Assembly (NCBI GenBank): GCA_963730935.1
Contig: CAVSTP010000003.1
Span: 256,001 to 320,000 of the forward strand
Direction of reading: 5' to 3'
Length of the DNA: 64,000 nt
DNA from: an uncultured Nitrospiraceae bacterium
Lineage (GTDB): Bacteria; Nitrospirota; Nitrospiria; Nitrospirales; Nitrospiraceae
The position numbers and the translations under genes were made by a program. The stretch's first letter is position 1. Each line of letters opens with the position of its first letter. The notes under the pieces were generated by a model. That model was not told the DNA's origin, did no database searches, and saw nothing but the letters and a program-made list of their open reading frames with translations. This document shows, piece by piece, positions 20,970 to 27,803 of the stretch.

Positions 20970-21680
20970 ATGAGCAGTCTCATCGAATGCGACGGCATCT
21001 GGAAGCAATATCGCTTGGGCGACGTGGAAGTAAACGCGCTCAGGGGCCTCAGCCTCACGATCGAGCAAGGTGATTTCGTCGCCGTGATGGGGGCCTCCGG
21101 GTCAGGGAAATCCACGCTGTTGAATATTCTGGGATGTCTGGATCACCCGACACAAGGACAGTATCGGCTCGACGGCATCGATGTCGGCGGTCTGGGGTTT
21201 GATCAACTGGCTGAGGTTCGGAACCGGCAAATCGGATTCGTCTTTCAAAGTTTCAACCTGATTCCCCGCACGAGCGCACTGGAGAATGCACAACTGCCCT
21301 TGTTCTACCGGGGACTGCCGCTGGGCGAGCAGAGGGTGAAGGCCGCTGCGGCGCTGAAGCGGGTGGGGCTAGAAGGCAGAGAGCAGCATTTTCCCACCCA
21401 ACTCTCAGGCGGCCAGCAGCAGCGCGTGGCGATCGCCCGCGCCCTGATCACTGCGCCCTCGCTTTTGTTGGCAGACGAGCCGACGGGAAACCTCGATACC
21501 GAGTCAAGCCGGGAAATCATGACTATGTTAGAAGGACTCAATCGAGAGGGCATCACGATCATTCTGGTGACCCATGAAGCCGATATTGCCGCCTATGCCC
21601 ATCGCGAAATTCTGTTGAAAGACGGTCACGTGTTGAGCGACCGGGCGACGAGGCGGACGTCGGGGACCGTGGAGGTCTGA
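20970..21680 (+). CDS. ABC transporter ATP-binding protein (MacB/LolD type)
   Basis: [35 protein letters not shown]; start ATG 20970. Confidence 0.94.
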   Translation: MSSLIECDGIWKQYRLGDVEVNALRGLSLTIEQGDFVAVMGASGSGKSTLLNILGCLDHPTQGQYRLDGIDVGGLGFDQLAEVRNRQIGFVFQSFNLIPRTSALENAQLPLFYRGLPLGEQRVKAAAALKRVGLEGREQHFPTQLSGGQQQRVAIARALITAPSLLLADEPTGNLDTESSREIMTMLEGLNREGITIILVTHEADIAAYAHREILLKDGHVLSDRATRRTSGTVEV

Positions 21681-22916
21681 ATGCCGGCCTTTGTGTGGAT
21701 GACCGTGCTGACGGCGTTGCGCATATTGGGGCGCAATCGTCTGCGCGCCGGCCTGACCATGCTCGGCATCGTCATCGGCGTTGGAGCAGTGATTGCCATG
21801 GTCGGCATTGGGGAAGGCGCGAAGCGGGCGGTGCAGGCGCAAATCGCGACGATGGGCACCAACGTCATCATCATCTGGCCAGGCGCCACGACAGTCAGCG
21901 GTGTGCGCAGCAGCCAAGGCGGCGCCGTGACATTAACTGTTGCCGATGCGTTGGATCTGAGAAAGAAGATTCCCCTCCTTGCGGAAACGGGATGGGCGAA
22001 ACGCGACGCCATGCAGATTGTCAACGGGAACAAGAACTGGAACGGTCCGATCAACGGGATCTCTCCCAGTTATCTCACGATTCGCGACTGGTCGTTTTCG
22101 AGCGGGGGACCGTTCACCCAGGCGGATCTCGACAGCGCCGCCCGCGTTGCACTCATCGGCCAGACCATCGTAGACAACCTGTTCGATGAAGGCGAAGAGC
22201 CGGTGGGGGCCGTCATTCGCATCAAGAATGTGCCGTTTCGTGTGATCGGGGTCCTCTCTCCGAAGGGTCAATCGGCCCAGGGCTCAGATCAGGATGACGT
22301 GATCTTTATTCCCTTCACGACAGCGGAGCGCAAGGTGTTCGGCACGGCGTTTCTGGGCTCGATCGGAGCGATGTTTGCGTCCACCGACAGGGCGGAGGAC
22401 CTCCCTGAGGCCGTCGATCGCATTCGCGAAGTGCTCCGCGCGCGCCATCGGCTGCAAGGTGAGCAGAACGACGACTTCACGGTAAAAACGCAGGTGGACA
22501 TCGGTCGCGTGCAGGAAGGCACCGGCCAGACGCTGACGATGATGCTCTTTTCCATTGCGTCCGTCTCTCTGCTGGTAGGGGGGATCGGCATCATGAATAT
22601 CCTGCTTGTATCCGTCACCGAGCGGACAAGAGAGATCGGCGTCCGCATGGCCGTGGGCGCCAAGCGCGGTCATGTGCTGATGCAGTTCCTCATCGAGGCC
22701 ATGACCTTGAGCCTGCTAGGAGGAGTGTTGGGGATCGTGCTGGGCGTGATTGGTGCAAAACTGACGACGGTGGTGGCCGGCTGGCCCACGGTCATCTCGA
22801 TCGACGTGATTGTCATGGCGTTTGGGTTTTCTCTCGCGGTCGGACTCTTTTTTGGCCTGTATCCCGCCAACAAGGCCTCGCGGCTCAACCCCATCGAAGC
22901 GTTGCGATACGAGTGA
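21681..22916 (+). CDS. ABC transporter permease (MacB/FtsX type)
   Basis: LTMLGIVIGV, VGGIGIMNILLVSVTERTREIG, LNPIEALRYE. Confidence 0.94.
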   Translation: MPAFVWMTVLTALRILGRNRLRAGLTMLGIVIGVGAVIAMVGIGEGAKRAVQAQIATMGTNVIIIWPGATTVSGVRSSQGGAVTLTVADALDLRKKIPLLAETGWAKRDAMQIVNGNKNWNGPINGISPSYLTIRDWSFSSGGPFTQADLDSAARVALIGQTIVDNLFDEGEEPVGAVIRIKNVPFRVIGVLSPKGQSAQGSDQDDVIFIPFTTAERKVFGTAFLGSIGAMFASTDRAEDLPEAVDRIREVLRARHRLQGEQNDDFTVKTQVDIGRVQEGTGQTLTMMLFSIASVSLLVGGIGIMNILLVSVTERTREIGVRMAVGAKRGHVLMQFLIEAMTLSLLGGVLGIVLGVIGAKLTTVVAGWPTVISIDVIVMAFGFSLAVGLFFGLYPANKASRLNPIEALRYE

Positions 22917-22947
22917 CTGCGGCAGATCTACGGTAGGTCTCCGCCGA

Positions 22948-23496
22948 CTACGAAAGGGTTGCCGGCGTGAGGAGGACTTCGATCCGTGGGTTTTCCCGGT
23001 CGACGTGCTTATACAAGTGCGTTTCGACAATCCGGTTATCGTTCAAGCCGAGACCTTCGCAAAGCGCATCCTGCGCAATCTTCAGCCCCCCATCCACATC
23101 ACGCCGCAGAGCGGACGTAAAATAGAAGCGGATCGATAGAGCGAGACACGTCGACTGCAGATGGGACAAGAGGGCAGTGCGATGAGGGACTGCTGTCAGG
23201 GTCAACCAGACGAGCTCCCCCACCTGTGCCTTGTACGAACGTCCGGTCGATGAGAGCAGGCGGCGCCCGTTCACGGTCGCGTATTGATGATTGATGCTGG
23301 GCGGAACAGGCAATGTGAAGGCGATCGACTGCTGTTCCGGATCGAGCTGCATCGGACGGTCTGTTGATTGAGACGGCGACAGCGGCCGCTTGGCAGCCCG
23401 TCCCCGTCCGGCAACAGGAGCGTAGAGGTGAAGCCCAACAAGATGAAGCGGAAGTTTGGAAGCCGGGATCGGAATCGGTCGGCGGTATGTGGGCAT
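22948..23496 (-). CDS. RusA-family Holliday junction resolvase
   Basis: LPVPPSINHQY, RRDVDGGLKIAQDAL, NDNRI, NPRIEV; true start may be ATG 23352. Confidence 0.8.
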   Translation of the reverse strand: MPTYRRPIPIPASKLPLHLVGLHLYAPVAGRGRAAKRPLSPSQSTDRPMQLDPEQQSIAFTLPVPPSINHQYATVNGRRLLSSTGRSYKAQVGELVWLTLTAVPHRTALLSHLQSTCLALSIRFYFTSALRRDVDGGLKIAQDALCEGLGLNDNRIVETHLYKHVDRENPRIEVLLTPATLS

Positions 23497-23581
23497 AGCG
23501 TTCGCGAGCGTTCAGGAATGAAAATTCAGACGCTCAGTGGAGGCAAAGGAAGCAAATTCGGGAGGGTGGCTCAACGCTGAC

Positions 23582-24022
23582 CTAGAGAAGATTGAGAATT
23601 TTGGCCATATTCTGTTCGTAGCGGTCTTCGGAGCGCGCAATATAGCGCCGCCATTCGCTGGGGTTCCAGATCTCCATACGATGGTAGAGACCGACGAGAA
23701 TGATTTCCTGATCCTCGTCCAGCGGTACGAGCTTTCGCAGCTTTCCCGGGATCAAGATCCGGCCAGCCTTGTCGATTTCTGAAGTCCCTGCTTCCGACAC
23801 CACGAAATGCATGAAGAGCCGGCTTTGCTCCTCATCGAGCGTGTTCTTCGTCCGTTCGAGCACCTGCTCCCATTCTTTCATCGAATAGATGAGGATGGAT
23901 TCTTCCGGGCCTTTTAAAAAGACCACGGATTGTCCTTGCGATTCGATCTGCTCCCGAATGGGCGAGGGAACAATGAACCGCCCCTTTTCATCGAGCTTGC
24001 AGTGGTATTCGCCGGCGAACAT
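23582..24022 (-). CDS. MraZ-family (tandem SpoVT/AbrB domain) regulator outside a dcw cluster
   Basis: 146 aa; MFAGEYHCKLDEKGRFIVP, second repeat IDKAGRILIP, RMEIW; GAAGGA SD. Confidence 0.88.
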   Translation of the reverse strand: MFAGEYHCKLDEKGRFIVPSPIREQIESQGQSVVFLKGPEESILIYSMKEWEQVLERTKNTLDEEQSRLFMHFVVSEAGTSEIDKAGRILIPGKLRKLVPLDEDQEIILVGLYHRMEIWNPSEWRRYIARSEDRYEQNMAKILNLL

Positions 24023-24038
24023 CAGTGCCAGGTTTCCT

Positions 24039-24236
24039 TCACGACACCATCGGACGTCTGGTGCGCTCTCGGATCCACTGCTCCAGATCCGAACGTACGA
24101 ATCGCCATTCTTTCCCAAGCTTGAAGGCGGGTATCTGATGGTTCTGAAGATAGCGGTAGAGTGTCCGTTGGGTAATCTTCAGGTAGCGGCACGTCTCCTC
24201 CGCCGTCATCAATTCGCTGTTGGGCTCTCTTACCAT
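24039..24236 (-). CDS. Small excisionase/BldC-like helix-turn-helix DNA-binding protein
   Basis: 65 aa; LMTAEETCRYLKITQRTLYR...IPAFKLGKEWRFVRSDLEQWI. Confidence 0.88.
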   Translation of the reverse strand: MVREPNSELMTAEETCRYLKITQRTLYRYLQNHQIPAFKLGKEWRFVRSDLEQWIRERTRRPMVS

Positions 24237-24288
24237 TGGACAACCATCTGAAGATGGTCATAGGGGGTACCGCTCCAGGATTGCCATG

Positions 24289-24347
24289 AGGGTAAGAAAA
24301 TCAAGGACATATGTCAAGCGAAATTATATGACAATGTATGTCACATA
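24289..24347 (-). promoter_or_regulatory. Promoter with overlapping TGACA/TGTCA repeats upstream of HTH-mraZ-rusA
   Basis: Minus strand TTGACA (24317-24312)-17 nt-TACCCT; palindrome GACATATGTC 24306-24315; TGACA-N5-TGTCA 24329-24343. Confidence 0.6.
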
Positions 24348-24685
24348 CCCTCAGATTCGTCCAGTTCAGAATGATTTTCATCTGAAGAGTCAACGGCTTC
24401 TGCCATTTCATGGCTGACGTCTTCGCCCATTTCGTTGCCCATATGCTTCATCAGGCGTTCCACGTCGGCCGGATTCTGTTCGTCAAAGCCGGCTAACGCC
24501 TCGTCGTCGGCGAAGGATTCCATCCTCGCCTCGTCTGATTTCGGAGCAGCGAAACGGGACAGCAAGCGTTCGAGCCGGGGACTTTGGCAATGCGAACACA
24601 CCGGGGGAGGAGAAGCAGTACGGCTCAGCAGAAGAATGCTGCTTCGCTTGCAACAATCCTGGCACAGGTATTCGTAGATCGGCAC
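24341..24685 (-). CDS. FmdB-family zinc-ribbon protein
   Basis: MPIYEYLCQDC...CSHCQS..LERLLS; AAGGAG SD before GTG 24685; acidic tail. Confidence 0.87.
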   Translation of the reverse strand: MPIYEYLCQDCCKRSSILLLSRTASPPPVCSHCQSPRLERLLSRFAAPKSDEARMESFADDEALAGFDEQNPADVERLMKHMGNEMGEDVSHEMAEAVDSSDENHSELDESEGM

Positions 24686-24686
24686 G

Positions 24687-25505
24687 CTAACTCCTTGGAC
24701 CAGCAAATCTCCGTGCGGAGTGCTCCGCCAAAAGTCGGTCTGGCACCAGTCTGGAATTCATTGTCCGCGCCAACGTGAGCGCCGAGACCGAAGCCGCGCC
24801 GGCAGAACGCAAGACCTTGGCGCATTCATTGAGCGTCGCTCCAGTGGTAAAGACATCGTCGATGAGCAGGATGCGCCGGCCGGCAAACGGTTCCGCATTG
24901 CGGACTCTGAATGCACGGCGCAGGTTCCGCAGACGCTCGTGCCGTGTGAGAGACGTTTGCGGTTCCGTGGCGACAGTGCGGACGAGGGCGTTCGTGGATA
25001 CCGGCCGCATAAGGTATCTTCCCAGGCGGTCAGCCATGAGCAGGGACTGGTTGAACTCGCGCGCCCGCAGTCTGGAAGGATGTAGTGGGACAGGCACGAT
25101 CAGATCGGCCTCCAACTGTTCCGGCAAGGCGCGGATCATCAGAGCCGCCAAAGGCCTCGCGAGCCCAAACACGTTCCGGTATTTGAGCGCACAAATCGCA
25201 TCCTGGAGGGGTGGAATATACGGATACAGTGTCCACGCACGATCATACGCCGGTGGCCGTTCAAGACACGGTTGGCAGCGGTGGGCTGGTGACCAAGTGT
25301 TCGCGGCGTTCGAGGCGAAGGGTTGATCGCAGCGCGCGCAACGAGGTCCCGAGATCGGCGTGATCCGGTCCCAGCAGGCGTCACAGACATAGGGTATCTG
25401 ATCCATGCGCAGCGGCCGCGCACAAGTGATGCAATCGATGGGAAGCATGGCGCGGAGCGCCAGCCGGCACAATCCCAGCACACCCAACAGGCCAGGGGGC
25501 ATCAT
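24687..25505 (-). CDS. comF: ComF-family protein (double zinc ribbon plus PRTase domain)
   Basis: Four CxxC pairs, VPVPLHPSRLRAREFNQS, LLIDDVFTTGATLNEC. Confidence 0.9.
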   Translation of the reverse strand: MMPPGLLGVLGLCRLALRAMLPIDCITCARPLRMDQIPYVCDACWDRITPISGPRCARCDQPFASNAANTWSPAHRCQPCLERPPAYDRAWTLYPYIPPLQDAICALKYRNVFGLARPLAALMIRALPEQLEADLIVPVPLHPSRLRAREFNQSLLMADRLGRYLMRPVSTNALVRTVATEPQTSLTRHERLRNLRRAFRVRNAEPFAGRRILLIDDVFTTGATLNECAKVLRSAGAASVSALTLARTMNSRLVPDRLLAEHSARRFAGPRS

Positions 25506-25601
25506 GGGAAACGTTTAGGGGAACCGGCGTTGACTGTCAAGGTTGTCGCGTCCCGAAATGGTGTGATATACGAAACTAGGCGCCAAAGCGCCGTCTCGCC
25601 G

Positions 25602-26300
25602 ATGGTCACACTCACAGAGGTGTCAAAAATCTATACCAGGGGAGCAGACCGTATCTGTGGTTTGGACCGTGTGAGTCTCGATGTCTCGGCCGGGACCTTC
25701 TGTGCCTTTGTCGGCCCGAGCGGTTGCGGCAAGAGCACCCTGCTCAATCTGATTGCCGGTCTGGATGTGCCGACCTCCGGAACGATCCATCTCGATCAAC
25801 GATCAACCGCCGGATTCAGCCCGGAAGATTGGACCAGGATTCGCCGGCAATCCATCGGCATTGTCTTTCAAGCCTTTCACCTGATCCCCGGTCTAACCGT
25901 CGAAGAGAACGTGGCCTTTCCGCTCTTGCTGCGAGGAGAGCAGGGGCTCAGAGTCCGGGAACGCGTCGCGCAGGTCTTGGGGCTTGTGCGCATGACGCAC
26001 CGCGCCGCGCATCGGCCGAGCGAGCTTTCCGGGGGAGAGCAGCAGCGGGTCGCGGTGGCACGGGCGATCGTGCATGAGCCCAAGATCGTTCTGGCCGACG
26101 AGCCGACGGGAAATCTCGATTCGCAGCACGGCGCGGAAATCATCGGACTGCTGCGGCAGTTAGTCGACCAGTTTCGTCACACGGTGCTTCTGGTCACTCA
26201 TAGCACGGCCGCCGCTAACGCCGCCGACTACATCTGGGCGATGAAGGATGGACGGCTCATGACGCGGACGATGCACGCGACAGCCGCTCAAGGAGTCTGA
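25602..26300 (+). CDS. ABC transporter ATP-binding protein (LolD/YbbA type)
   Basis: [33 protein letters not shown]; start ATG 25602. Confidence 0.92.
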   Translation: MVTLTEVSKIYTRGADRICGLDRVSLDVSAGTFCAFVGPSGCGKSTLLNLIAGLDVPTSGTIHLDQRSTAGFSPEDWTRIRRQSIGIVFQAFHLIPGLTVEENVAFPLLLRGEQGLRVRERVAQVLGLVRMTHRAAHRPSELSGGEQQRVAVARAIVHEPKIVLADEPTGNLDSQHGAEIIGLLRQLVDQFRHTVLLVTHSTAAANAADYIWAMKDGRLMTRTMHATAAQGV

Positions 26301-27226
26301 TGGATTTGACCGTGACCATTGCCGGAGTGAAATTTCCGGTCTGTTTCATGAACGCGTCTGGCGCCTTATGCGTGACGCACGAGGAACTGTCCGCGTTGGG
26401 CCGTTCCCGCTCGGGGGCGATCGTCACGAAGTCCATGACCGTCGAGGCCCGGCAAGGTAACCCCCTGCCGCGGTACTACGGGTTCTCCGGGGGTTCGATC
26501 AATTCCATGGGGCTGCCGAACCTGGGCTACCGTGCGTATGCCGAGCTGATTCCGCAATTGAAACAGTTCGGCAAGCCGGTCATCGCCAGCGTGGCCGGGC
26601 TCTGCGAAGACGATTTTCCGGTCATTGCACAGGCCATCAACGAAGCGGGCCCCGATCTCATCGAGGTGAATCTGTCCTGTCCGAACATTCCCGGCAAGCC
26701 ACAAATCGGCTACGATGCAGATGCTTCAGAACGTCTCATGAAACGGGTGCGCCCGCTGATCACCGTCCCGATGGGCGTGAAGCTACCGCCGTATTTTGAT
26801 CCAGCACACCATCAGCTCATGGGGGAGGTCATCGGCCGTTGCGGCGTGGATTTCCTCAATCTGATCAACTCCGTTGGAAATGCGCTGGTGCTCGATCCGA
26901 ATGAAGAAGCGGTCGTGATTAAACCGAAGGGCGGATTCGGCGGGCTGGGTGGAGCCATCATTAAGCCCGTCGCACTGGCCAATGTCCGCGCGTTCTACAA
27001 GCACTTCAAGGGAACCCTGCCGATCATCGGGACCGGCGGCGTCGTAAGCGGAGGGGACGCGTTTGAGCATCTGCTGTGCGGCGCCTCTGCTGTGCAAGTG
27101 GGGACGGCCCTGGTCGAGGAAGGGGTCGAAGTCTTTGCACGCCTGGAGAAGGAGCTGGCCGCCTGTCTTGAACGGAAGGGCTACAAGTCGGCCGAAGAGT
27201 GCAGAGGTAGGTTGAAAGAGTTATAA
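26300..27226 (+). CDS. pyrD: Dihydroorotate dehydrogenase, class 1A-like
   Basis: MNASG, GSINSMGLPNLG, EVNLSCPNIPGKPQ, KLPPYFD, GFGGLGG, GTGGV; no N-terminal membrane extension. Confidence 0.9.
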   Translation: MDLTVTIAGVKFPVCFMNASGALCVTHEELSALGRSRSGAIVTKSMTVEARQGNPLPRYYGFSGGSINSMGLPNLGYRAYAELIPQLKQFGKPVIASVAGLCEDDFPVIAQAINEAGPDLIEVNLSCPNIPGKPQIGYDADASERLMKRVRPLITVPMGVKLPPYFDPAHHQLMGEVIGRCGVDFLNLINSVGNALVLDPNEEAVVIKPKGGFGGLGGAIIKPVALANVRAFYKHFKGTLPIIGTGGVVSGGDAFEHLLCGASAVQVGTALVEEGVEVFARLEKELAACLERKGYKSAEECRGRLKEL

Positions 27227-27353
27227 CAAGTTGCTCAAAAAACCCTCTGTTCCACCCGCCCACCCCGAAGCGCCGAGACGCTTTCGATCGGTGAGCGCGC
27301 GCCCTGGCCCGCTTGGGTGAGAGGGGGAGGCTAGAGGGTGTTTCAGCAGCTTG
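27227..27353 (-). repeat. Intergenic palindromic repeat, same family, reverse orientation
   Basis: Ends CAAGTTGCTCAAAAAACCCTCT / AGAGGGTGTTTCAGCAGCTTG; minus-strand 3' half aligns with 3' half of the 40928 copy. Confidence 0.7.
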
Positions 27354-27356
27354 AGG

Positions 27357-27623
27357 TTACTTGCCGAAGGATTTGGACAGCAATCCGAGTTGAAGCGCTC
27401 GCCTGAGCAGTTGTGCGACGTTCCGCACGTTGAGCCTTCGCATCAAATTAAAGCGATGCACTTCCACTGTTCGCACGCTGATTTGCAGCATGTTCGCAAT
27501 CTCGCGGTTCGTATGGCCTACGGAGACCAGCCGCAGAATATCTCGCTGTCTGGGAGTCAGTAAGTCCAGATCGACGGGCTCCTCGATCAGCGCATCGGGT
27601 TTTCGTCGCAACGCGGTCTTCAT
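27357..27623 (-). CDS. Stand-alone LuxR/GerE-type HTH regulator
   Basis: LTPRQRDILRLVSVGHTNREIANMLQISVRTVEVHRFNLMRRL; 88 aa from ATG 27623; no receiver. Confidence 0.88.
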   Translation of the reverse strand: MKTALRRKPDALIEEPVDLDLLTPRQRDILRLVSVGHTNREIANMLQISVRTVEVHRFNLMRRLNVRNVAQLLRRALQLGLLSKSFGK

Positions 27624-27803
27624 TTGTTTTCCCACCTTCGATAGCCAGCGATAACTTGAAGCGAGTCTAGCAAAGGGATGGAAGTCTGTAAACGAAACTG
27701 CCGATTTGTGCAGGCCCTCGGCGGACCCGCATGAACTCTGGCCTTGGCGGAGGGGCGGCACCGTTAAATTTGCTACGTATTTTAACTAGGGTGTAATCCA
27801 TCA

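Noticed and set aside
22948..24236. Prophage remnant interpretation of rusA plus Xis-like gene
   Set aside because: No integrase, att-like repeat, structural genes or pseudogene debris; the genes look intact and the flanks are host genes
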